In this document: positions 29,342-37,462 of the stretch, in pieces
How the letters are laid out: each line of letters begins with the position of its first letter
Position numbering within the stretch: the stretch's first letter is position 1
Virus record (IMG/VR): IMGVR_UViG_3300049321_000004
Location: 7,620 to 71,619 of that record
Direction: 5' to 3' (one strand)
From: a virus
Lineage: Duplodnaviria > Caudoviricetes
Length of the DNA: 64,000 nucleotides
Program-made: the position numbers and the translations under genes
Notes under the pieces: model-generated
The model's input: only the letters and a program-made list of their open reading frames with translations
Database searches by the model: none
What the model was told of the DNA's origin: nothing

Positions 29342-29960
29342 AGGACGCCTCTTAAGGCCGGTAAACATCCACGACACCCCATCAGGGGCACGGTGGACTT
29401 ACCTGCAACCCTCCACCCAGAAGCCATTCAGTTGCCCCTCCATGAAGCAACTGACCAAGGCGGTACAGGATCACCGGGATGCCATGATCTCTGTAGGAAG
29501 GACCGAGGAGGATCTGGATCTACGCCCCGGCTGGTACGAGAGACTGCTGAACGATGTGTGTGTCTACATGAACGGGAAGGCCCGTTGTGAGGAGTACACG
29601 ACTACCGATGGGAAGCCTACGAAGCGATTCATCAGCATCAAGGATGTGGCCCGGTTCTTGGGAGTAGTGAAGAATTGGGTGGTCGAGAAAGGACCAAAGT
29701 GGGTCTCAACGGAAGAGGCGAACAGAAGGGCTGAAATCTGCCTTACTTGCCCCAAGCACCAGTACATTGGGTGTTTTGGATGCCATGGGGTGCTTGAAGA
29801 GGTTTCCCAAGTCCTAGGTAAGCCAGCAACAGAGGTAGATACGAGACTTCAGGGATGTCAGGTATGCGGCTGTCAAATGTCCGTTAAGGTTTACCTTCCA
29901 AAAGAAGTCATGCAGGATGACTCGCTGGAATGGCCGGATCACTGTTGGATGAAAGGTTAG
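29334..29960 (+). CDS. Cys-rich hypothetical protein
   Basis: CLTCP, CFGC, CQVCGC, terminal CW. Confidence 0.7.
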   Translation: MSEGRLLRPVNIHDTPSGARWTYLQPSTQKPFSCPSMKQLTKAVQDHRDAMISVGRTEEDLDLRPGWYERLLNDVCVYMNGKARCEEYTTTDGKPTKRFISIKDVARFLGVVKNWVVEKGPKWVSTEEANRRAEICLTCPKHQYIGCFGCHGVLEEVSQVLGKPATEVDTRLQGCQVCGCQMSVKVYLPKEVMQDDSLEWPDHCWMKG

Positions 29961-29964
29961 AGGG

Positions 29965-30625
29965 CTAACCTAAAGAAGTTTTTGAGGTTTCCTTGGCTTT
30001 CAATAATCGCATTTGAGCCTCAGCTTCACCACGAGTCTTGTAATCAATTAGACAGTCCCACAGATCGTAGGCATTGCTCCAGAACGGCCACCACCAAAAC
30101 TTTCCCTGAACCCAATAACGGGAATACTCAGGATAGCCCTCAATATGCTTCTCTTTGATTCGGAATTTCATGGCTGTTTCTCTATTACGATTTTCTCCCA
30201 CTTCTGACCTTCCATCAGGCCCGCCGTGAAGGCCATCTTCCAGCCTTGGCTTGTCTGATCGACTGCGATGGATTGTCGCATGTGGATTGGCAGTTGTAGT
30301 TCAATACACTTCTCACCGAGAGGTAATACCTTGGTCTCACCGTTCTGGAAGTGGATGGTACAGGTGGCTGTCATGAGAACCGATCCTTGAGTGCAATCTT
30401 CTGGGCGATGGTGATGTCTTGCGGAGTGCGATCCTCCCAATCAGGGAAGATTGTTTGGGGATCGAAGTCCATAAGCTCCAGCAGTGGTGGCCACACGAAC
30501 TTAGAGACGTAGATAGGATCGTGCAGACACGGCCTAAACTGCGGCTTTGTGCCAAATTCAGGCACGACCGAAATTCCGAACAGTGCTCCTACAGCGGTCT
30601 TGGCGAATTCGCGACGTGTGCTCAT
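29965..30625 (-). CDS. Three small hypothetical genes (29965-30171, 30168-30374, 30371-30625)
   Basis: ATGA-coupled leftward ORFs; the last begins with a twin-arginine-like STRREFAK. Confidence 0.55.
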
Positions 30626-30882
30626 GGTGTTTGTATGGGTTTAAGCGCCAGCACACAGTAACCTTCCTCAACCCCAAACTGACCTCCTTGGAGGATATAG
30701 GTCACCTCAGAAACAACATCTCGCCCAGTGTAGGATTCAGACTGAGGATTCCACTCCCTTAAAACAAGAGTGTCCCCAACTTGGAAGTCTCGATCATCCT
30801 TCCTGACCTCGAAGGTCTTTCTTCCAAGCCAAAGCTCATTGAAGAACTCAGGCCGCGTCTTGAGGTTGTGCTCCATACTCAT
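30622..30882 (-). CDS. DUF3850 / ASCH-like protein
   Basis: HNLKTRPEFF..GRKTFEVRKDDRDFQVGDTLVLREW. Confidence 0.9.
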   Translation of the reverse strand: MSMEHNLKTRPEFFNELWLGRKTFEVRKDDRDFQVGDTLVLREWNPQSESYTGRDVVSEVTYILQGGQFGVEEGYCVLALKPIQTP

Positions 30883-31281
30883 AGTGTCTCCTTCTTCATC
30901 TGTTGATACTCCTCCACTGTCCAGATCCTGAACTGGCTCATGCCATACAGGAGAAATCCAGATAGGTTGCAGAGGTGGATGTTGCTGTGCTCCACTGGCT
31001 TACCTCCCTGTGTGTCTGTGAGGACGTACTTGGGCTTTGGCGGTGGGGCTGGTTGGGCGATTGCGTGCATGGAGTCAGGATTGTTCTACAACTTCAACGC
31101 TCCATTCCCAACCATGCATGTTCACCAGCGGCTTAACGACATTCTCCCATTCCTCAGGGGTGACAGCCATTGACCCATACGAGCAATGGCCCAATGCTCT
31201 GGCTGATGTCTTGCATTGCGGGTACATCAGCAGGCGAGGATCTCCTTCTCGACGTTCTTGTATGAGGTGGATTGTGTACAT
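30879..31281 (-). CDS. Two small hypothetical genes (30879-31070, 31075-31281)
   Basis: Packed leftward ORFs. Confidence 0.5.
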
Positions 31282-31308
31282 GAGGTGTATCAGGCTGTGG
31301 GTTGAGGC

Positions 31309-31719
31309 TTAGAGGAATGCCAAGGAGGCGTAGTTGATCGCCAGATGAAGAGTGTTGTCGGCGGCAATCATGAGCCACACGGAGAGCCACGCGGGAGAGT
31401 CCTTGTGGTAGCCCGTGCCTGCGCAATTCGCCCAATCGTGATTCCGCTTATCGAAGCGCGGGAACATTGGATCTTTGATCCAGCGAGGTGCAAGGAAGTT
31501 CTTCGCCCAGCACACATACCGAGCCAGCCGGAAGCGGTCGATCAGGAAGTGAGTGGACCAGATGACGAGCACTGCGGGGATGCTGCCGATGAACAGAAAC
31601 GGCAAGCTGTAGACTGTAGCGTGACAGAGAGCGGCCCATGAGGATGACGTCTTCTTCTGAGCCATCCAGTCACTTTGCGTCACGTAGTCCCCGAGGAGGT
31701 GGAGGATCAGTTGGATCAT
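31309..31719 (-). CDS. DUF3307-family membrane protein
   Basis: HLLGDYVTQSDWMA..H..YSLP..HFLIDR..DNTLH. Confidence 0.85.
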   Translation of the reverse strand: MIQLILHLLGDYVTQSDWMAQKKTSSSWAALCHATVYSLPFLFIGSIPAVLVIWSTHFLIDRFRLARYVCWAKNFLAPRWIKDPMFPRFDKRNHDWANCAGTGYHKDSPAWLSVWLMIAADNTLHLAINYASLAFL

Positions 31720-32392
31720 GCTGCCTCCTTCCATTCCTTAAGGTACTTCTGAATGGCGGTGTGCGCCTCAAGGCAGGAAATCTCACCAATGGCGTTCACG
31801 CAGGCTTGTGCGAACTCACGAGGGGTTCCGTGGGCTGTCTGTAGGATGCGCTGGGCTGCGCTGGTAGCCTCGTGTGGCATTTCTGCTACAAGGTCCGCAT
31901 TATCAGCCCGAGTTTCCTCAATGGCTTGTTGGATGATTTCTTCTTCGGTCATGCTTGTGGGTTCTACTGGTTGAGGGTGTCAGCGGGGGGCTTGCTCTTC
32001 AGGTGCATCTTCTTGATTGCCGCAATAGCTTCTGGCGAAGGTGCAAGTTTTCCCTTATTCTTCTCCGCTTTCAGAAGCCACTTCTTCAGCCATGTCTGCT
32101 TTGGAGGTGCGTTCTTTTTGTCCTGTTTGGACTGTTTCGCTGAAACCCTCTGCTGCAATTTTATCTGCCTCTGGCGCTCAGCTTCGATCTCTTTTTCCTT
32201 CTGAATTTCAGCCAATTTCACCTCGATCTCCTTGAGAATCTCTTCCTTGGACGGCCTCCGTGGGGTGTACTGGACTGGTTCTGGAGGAGGCATGTGAATC
32301 TCCTTGGCCTTGATGCAGATGAGTGCCGCCTGCTTGTTGCGAGGCTTGAACTTGCTCTCACGGTGCGTCCAGAGGGTGGGATGCTGTTTCAT
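31716..32392 (-). CDS. Two hypothetical genes (31716-31952; basic protein 31964-32392)
   Basis: Packed leftward ORFs; second begins immediately after the tRNA cluster. Confidence 0.55.
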
Positions 32393-32401
32393 ATCTGGAA
32401 A

Positions 32402-32474
32402 TCCTCCCGGTCAGCATCGAACTGACACTGTGCAGCGTTTAAGGCTGGGCCTCTGCCAATTGGGCTACGGGAGG
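32402..32474 (-). tRNA. Atypical tRNA with UAA (Leu) anticodon and short variable loop
   Basis: CCTCCCG/CGGGAGG acceptor, GCC..GGC D arm, CAGC-CTTAAAC-GCTG, GTCAG-TTCGATG-CTGAC T arm, A73, no adjacent encoded CCA. Confidence 0.7.
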
Positions 32475-32477
32475 AAA

Positions 32478-32552
32478 TGGTGTCCCCAGACTGATTCGAA
32501 CAGGCGACCATCGGCTTAGAATGCCGCTGCTCTTCCACTGAGCTATGGGGAC
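32478..32552 (-). tRNA. tRNA-Arg(UCU)
   Basis: GTCCCCA/TGGGGAC acceptor, GCTC/GAGC D stem, loop ATTCTAA, TTCGAAT T loop, encoded CCA. Confidence 0.9.
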
Positions 32553-32603
32553 ATGGGTTCATGTTCTTCAGGTCTGGGTTGATGGTGAATGGTGGAGACT
32601 GAG

Positions 32604-32700
32604 TGGGGTGGGCTGGATTCGCACCAGCAGTTCGGGCCTGAACTTTGTGTAAACGGGTGGTACCGCCCATCTAGCGTCTAACTAATTCCGCCACCACTCC
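32604..32700 (-). ncRNA. tRNA-like RNA: Leu-type body with non-canonical extended anticodon arm
   Basis: GGAGTGG/CCACCCC acceptor (6/7), GCGGAATTAGTTAGACGC D arm, GTTC/GAAC variable arm, GCTGG-TGCGAAT-CCAGC T arm, A73; 97 nt. Confidence 0.65.
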
Positions 32701-32718
32701 TCTCAATCTCCTCTGTGT

Positions 32719-32928
32719 TCATGAGTTTGGTTGTTCCATGTTCTTCATGCACCAGCGGATCAGATCGAACTCGCTTTTGATGCCAAGCTTGGCTTTGATG
32801 TTGTGCTTGTGGACCGCTACCGTCTTGGGGGACATCTTCAGCTTCTTGGCGATGGCGTCCGGCTTTGCTCCGGTGGAGTACAGGCGCAAGATGTCCTGCT
32901 GCCGTTCAGTGAGTCCGTTGGTGTCCAT
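32719..32928 (-). CDS. LuxR/GerE-type HTH regulator
   Basis: LTERQQDILRL..G..IAKKLKMSPKTVAVHKHNIKAKL. Confidence 0.9.
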   Translation of the reverse strand: MDTNGLTERQQDILRLYSTGAKPDAIAKKLKMSPKTVAVHKHNIKAKLGIKSEFDLIRWCMKNMEQPNS

Positions 32929-32935
32929 AAAGACG

Positions 32936-32963
32936 ATTTTACACTAAGCGGTGTTTTAGTCAA
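32936..32963 (-). promoter_or_regulatory. Sigma70-like promoter for luxR-tRNA unit
   Basis: Minus TTGACT-16 nt-(TG)TAAAAT. Confidence 0.65.
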
Positions 32964-32989
32964 CCTCCCCGCGCATCTTCCTCTCCATC

Positions 32990-33508
32990 TCACGGTCCAG
33001 CCTGTAGCGTCAACTTTTCATCGATCGTGGTACAAGCCAGCTTCAATAAGTCATTCACAGCCTTGGAATTTGGGTGTCCGAAGCCTCGTAGGTCGTGGGC
33101 CAGTTCTCGCATCTCGCCAGCGGTACCGTTGAAGGTGAGAATGGCTTTTGAATCATCTGGTATAAGCGTGGATATTTTTGTGTTCATCTTCAGTGTAGGG
33201 GTATGGCACGTTTCTGTTTCTGAGCACTACGGGGGTGATGCTCCTCATGACATGGGAGTAAGGAATCTCAACGGTACTTCTCTGAAGTCGAATCCTCCAG
33301 CGACCTGCTTTTCGACAAGCGCTCGTGGCTCATCGAACTCAACGTACTGCTTCTGACCTTCAGGTCCCTTGTAGGTTCCAAACAGAGGGTAGTAGGCAAT
33401 CTTCCACCCATTATCACCGACTTTCCCGGCGTTCTTCATGTGGTAGAGGTTGCCGATCTGGTGAGATTGCCACAGTGGATCAGAGAGAGCAGATTCGAGA
33501 TGCGTCAT
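32990..33508 (-). CDS. Two hypothetical genes (32990-33187, 33245-33508)
   Basis: Leftward ORFs with plausible start contexts. Confidence 0.55.
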
Positions 33509-33569
33509 CCTGGTGTCTTCCTTGTTTTGAGTATCTTCCTCGCCTCTTCAGCCATGGTGGGGCTGGTGG

Positions 33570-33707
33570 TCATGGCTTCTTTGGCCACCTTTTCTTTCTG
33601 GCCTTAGCTAGGCGCTTGGTGCGCGACTCAATCTCTTCCGGTGTGAGCGTCTTCGGCTTACCTTTGCCAAGTTTCCCTAGGGCTGAGGCGTTGAGGTTCT
33701 TTTTCAT
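33570..33707 (-). CDS. Small basic putative nucleic-acid-binding peptide (45 aa)
   Basis: MKKNLNASALGKLGKGKPKTLTPEE..RLAKARKKRW. Confidence 0.6.
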   Translation of the reverse strand: MKKNLNASALGKLGKGKPKTLTPEEIESRTKRLAKARKKRWPKKP

Positions 33708-34774
33708 GATTCAACGTCTGTTGGAAGCAAGTCCTCAAGCATGAAGCGTGTCTCAGCCACAACTTTATCAGCCTTCTCCCATGCTGAGCAATGAGGACAA
33801 TGACCTTCAGGATCAATGCCGCACCGGCACTCAGAATCAGACGCATCAGCGTACAAGCTCTGAATATCTTCCGAGTGCCCCCAAGCCTTCTTGATGCCGT
33901 CCAGCAGATGCTTTTCGTGGTCAACGGTCCATGTGACTGTTTCGGATAAAGATTGCATGTGATCGGCGCTGAACTGGAACATGCCCGCGAGTTCAGCTAC
34001 GGATTTACGATCAATGTCGATTCCAAACCCGTCATTGGCAGCCTGTTTGTATTGCTCTGCAATCTGGCAGAGGTGCTTGATGCAGCTTTCCAGTTCCATA
34101 GTGTTTACGGTGCGATGATTTTCATGTTCCTTCCGAACCGCTTCTGAAGATGTTCCCCGTGCTTTTTACATAGCCTTTTCCCATCCGTGGCATCTTCAAA
34201 CTCAACCTGCTCAAGACAGTATTGCTTCTGTCCAGCGTTCACAAGCCACTGGCATCGCCAATGGTTCTCGGCAGCCTCAAGAAGGTCGTCTAGGTTGTCA
34301 TGTAGAACCATGTCGTACACTGCATCGTGTGCGCATGTAACAGAGGAATTCAGAGGCACGGCATCCTCCTGCATGTCGCGAAGGTATTTCAGGTTGTCTA
34401 GTGTCATGGAAGTAGGCTGTTGAGTTTATCGTTGTCGTTCTCCACATGGTCTGGGACGATGCGGCAGTTGTAGAGATGCTCGTCGAGGAATACATTCATC
34501 ACGCGGGCTAGATCCGCCTCCGTGAGAGTGTTGAGGTGTTCTGCGATGAATTCACGTGCCTCATCTCGGCCTATGTCGATAGTGGAGTGGGCGCTCATGG
34601 CCATTCCCCCGTGTCAGCTATTTTAGCCGCTAGATCGGCCTTTGCTTTTTGAAAAACCATCTCCACTTCTTCCGCATTGCAAGTTGGGCACGGAAGCGGA
34701 CCTCCTTCTTCCCCATGCCCCATAGGAAGCGCTCCGCACCCGCCACACTCTGGGCATTGGTCGGCCTGATTCAT
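33704..34774 (-). CDS. Four hypothetical genes (33704-34099, 34105-34407, 34404-34598/34604, Zn-finger 34595-34774)
   Basis: ATGA-coupled leftward ORFs, several with CxxC pairs. Confidence 0.55.
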
Positions 34775-35040
34775 AGAGGCGAAGGAAGGAGATGATTGGT
34801 ACAGTCACCGCACTCACAGCCTTTGGAGTGGGTTTCGATCCTTGTGTGCTTACCAAGCACCTCAGAGCGGACGCCAACCACGTCATGGTACTCTTTCAGT
34901 TCCTTGCGCAGGATATACGAGCAGGAGTCATCGTACTGGATGATCTTGCTGGTGGATGTGACTGTGACGGACAGGAGAATGTGCTCCACGGTGAGGCCGT
35001 CGTTGAATTCTGGAGTGGTTGGCTGTGTGTCTGTTTCCAT
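34771..35040 (-). CDS. Hypothetical protein, paralog of 44943-45272
   Basis: EHILLSVTV..IIQYDDSCSY..KELKEY..GCECGDC. Confidence 0.75.
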   Translation of the reverse strand: METDTQPTTPEFNDGLTVEHILLSVTVTSTSKIIQYDDSCSYILRKELKEYHDVVGVRSEVLGKHTRIETHSKGCECGDCTNHLLPSPL

Positions 35041-35078
35041 GGTGTTGTTTGAGTTGAATTGTGCGGGCTTGTTTGTTG

Positions 35079-35138
35079 ATCTCGCTGAGGCTACCCCGCA
35101 TCCTCTCAGTTCATCCGGTAATTATCCGGCAGCGAGAT
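35079..35138 (-). promoter_or_regulatory. Compact three-way-junction structure in the 5' UTR of 34771-35040
   Basis: 9-bp closing stem ATCTCGCTG/CAGCGAGAT enclosing CCGG/CCGG and AGG..CCT hairpins. Confidence 0.4.
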
Positions 35139-35171
35139 ACAAATCTCACAAAAGCGGTTTCGTGTCGAGAA

Positions 35172-35357
35172 TTATTTTCTAACTATCGGAACATTCCTGT
35201 CATAAAGGACTTGTTTGGCAGCTAGCACCATGGCTGGGTTTCCTGATTTTTCGATGATGACCTTGAGGCTTTCATCGGACCATGTGTGCATTCCTACCTG
35301 CTTACATCCCAGTCCGGGTGTTGCTGGTGCATCTGGGTGACCTGGTTTCTGTTTCAT
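35172..35357 (-). CDS. Small hypothetical protein
   Basis: 61-aa ORF. Confidence 0.45.
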   Translation of the reverse strand: MKQKPGHPDAPATPGLGCKQVGMHTWSDESLKVIIEKSGNPAMVLAAKQVLYDRNVPIVRK

Positions 35358-35399
35358 CGGTTAGTTCCTTTCTACAGGCTCTACTCTCATAACCTACTC

Positions 35400-36010
35400 T
35401 TGGGTGGAGAGAGGGCGGATCTCGACGTGGAAGCATGTCCTGCTCATGGGGAGCTATTCATGCGTTCTTCCATAGTCTACTCTTGTAACGGAGCCGAGGT
35501 TCGGTGCTAGACAGTGTACTACTTCCGGTGTTGGTGCGTCATAAGCCAGACAGGGCAGGATGAGTGGGACGGAGAGGTAGTCAGTGAAGGGCTTGGCAGA
35601 TCGTCGCTGAGGCTTTCAGAAACGACTCGTGGGAGCAAACTCTGGCCCGGCACTCTGCACGGGCTTCCTAAGCTACCTTTGACCTTCGATGTCCGAGGGC
35701 AGAGCAACCGCACACCATTGCGGCATCTATCATCCCTACGCGTTATCCCACGATCCCGCCCAAGGCTCTCTGAAGCGGTTCTCCTGAAATGGTGCCCGTA
35801 GGCTCGCCGTGAGGAGTGTGTCCGGTGTGGCAATGTAGCCAATCCGACCGGAGGACGGGTGACAGACTCATTCAGTCACCACGTCTCCCCCACAAAAGGC
35901 CACCGCCTACGTTCTCAAGGAGTGAAACTTGCTGGGACGGCAGTTCCTTGAGATGTAGGCGGCGATTGTATGTGAGAAGACTCATGTCCCATTGCCGGTT
36001 TCACACGGCT
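35400..36010 (-). ncRNA. Candidate structured non-coding RNA / long leader
   Basis: Promoter TTGACA-16-CAGAAT (36044-36017); ~19-bp hairpin 35902-35963; further hairpins; long-range stem 35592-35604/35750-35764; no credible ORF. Confidence 0.5.
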
Positions 36011-36044
36011 ACGGTAATTCTGGCTCAACCTAGAACAGTGTCAA

Positions 36045-36230
36045 TCACCAACTTGGATCAAAAACTCTGCTGGGCACGTATTCCTCGTCCTCAGAGGGTC
36101 CATCCCAGATCCTGGCCGTAAGCTCGCGCATGATCTCCTGCCTCACCCAAGGAAAGGGGTGATCGCGCAATTGGGCCAGCAACTGGTCCCAGCTCATTTC
36201 GGGCAGCTTCACTTCTGTCTGTGTCATCAA
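36045..36230 (-). CDS. Small hypothetical protein
   Basis: 61-aa ORF. Confidence 0.5.
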   Translation of the reverse strand: MMTQTEVKLPEMSWDQLLAQLRDHPFPWVRQEIMRELTARIWDGPSEDEEYVPSRVFDPSW

Positions 36231-36295
36231 TGGTCATTCGAGGCAGGACTATGGAGTGGATTTACCTTATGGTCAATGCGGGGGTTTCCCTGATT

Positions 36296-36358
36296 GGGAG
36301 CCCAGAGGGCCTTCGGTACGCGTGGAAGCTAAAATCGCGCTGGAACTGACGATGACGC
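36296..36358 (+). repeat. Dispersed hairpin-spacer-CTGACG element, copy 1
   Basis: GGGA GCCC AGA GGGC C TTCG-30 nt-CTGACGATGACGC. Confidence 0.75.
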
Positions 36359-36393
36359 TTTACATGCTAAATGAAAGCATTATGCTTGCTCAT

Positions 36394-36684
36394 ATGACAA
36401 CCTTTGAAACGAAGATTCGTGATCCCTACACCGTTTGGTACGGTCCTCACCCCTGTGAATTCTGCAATCGCAAGATTGTACGGTCTTCTCTGGAATCGGG
36501 CGGACTATCTCTGGAAGCGTCCGACCATGACCACCACTACCCAAACTACCGTTGGATGGAGCATGTCTGCTCAAAGGCTCCACCGCCCCAAGCTGCTGGA
36601 GGGATCGCCCGTTCCAAGAAAATGACCAAGGAGAGAAAAGTGGAGGTAGCCAAGAAGGCCGCTGCCGCACGGTGGAAGAAATGA
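36394..36684 (+). CDS. Zn-binding protein with basic AA..RW tail
   Basis: CEFC, HDHH, HVC; AGGIARSKKMTKERKVEVAKKAAAARWKK. Confidence 0.6.
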   Translation: MTTFETKIRDPYTVWYGPHPCEFCNRKIVRSSLESGGLSLEASDHDHHYPNYRWMEHVCSKAPPPQAAGGIARSKKMTKERKVEVAKKAAAARWKK

Positions 36685-36789
36685 ACGGATCGGGTGTAAA
36701 TCCCAACGACCTGACGATTTCAGCCCTCTGGTGTAAAAGCAGCACAGCAGCTTTTGAAGCTGTTAGACCTCGGGCAGTACGAGGGAGGG

Positions 36790-37276
36790 CTATTTCAAGA
36801 ACTGGGAGACGGCCAGCAAGATGACCGCCACACAGACAAGGGCGTGTCCGTTCCAGCCGGGAACCAGTGCCGCCACGGCAAACAGGAGGCTGAGGATAAC
36901 GAGGATTGTGAAAGGAGTGATGGCCATACCCCTACAATCGCCACAGCGCGCCTCTGTGGCTGTTTTCAGCACCATCCACACCCCTGACAGGGGAAAGTCG
37001 CTGCTGGAGCGAACTGTGGTGGCAAAGGAGAGGCTATGGGCGCAGGAACGAGAAGCTGAACAGGGCATCTGACTCCACAACGATGGTCTCGGAGCCGTAA
37101 ACTCTGTTGGTATCCTTGATGCCAAGCCATTCCGTTGGCTCGCTGTCTTCGGGATCGCCAAGCTCACGGTTCCACAAGCGCCACATGGGACGGCTGATGA
37201 TGGTCCTGACCTCCGTTTCCACGGAGCCACGGGCGGATAATTGCACTTGGTGGATAAGCTCACAAACGGTCTTCAT
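36790..37276 (-). CDS. Small membrane peptide (36790-36927) and hypothetical protein (37034-37276)
   Basis: Two-helix hydrophobic 45-mer; 80-aa ORF. Confidence 0.5.
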
Positions 37277-37280
37277 AGCG

Positions 37281-37345
37281 GGTAAAACGTCAGTCCAAGC
37301 AAGGTGGAGCGCAAGCGGAAACGGGTGGACGAAGGCATAGCTTCC
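37281..37345 (-). repeat. Dispersed element, copy 2
   Basis: GGAAGCTATGC C TTCG-36 nt-CTGACGTTTTACC, 4 nt before ATG 37276. Confidence 0.75.
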
Positions 37346-37388
37346 AAAGAAAAAGAGGGAGCAGAGGAAAGATCCCCCACTCCCTCTT
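37346..37388 (-). terminator. Rho-independent terminator
   Basis: AAGAGGGAG/CTCCCTCTT stem followed by TTTCTTT on minus strand. Confidence 0.65.
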
Positions 37389-37462
37389 CACTATGAAACA
37401 AGAAGCCCTGACAGACACCTATCTCCAAGGCAAGCCGAGGCTAACAGAGGGGAACAGGTGAG

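Noticed and set aside
32389-32670. 93-aa minus-strand ORF
   Set aside because: Overlaps three tRNA/tRNA-like genes
35864-35874. CTGAATGAG as a hammerhead core
   Set aside because: Extra base versus CUGAnGA and no correctly placed GAAA/stem III
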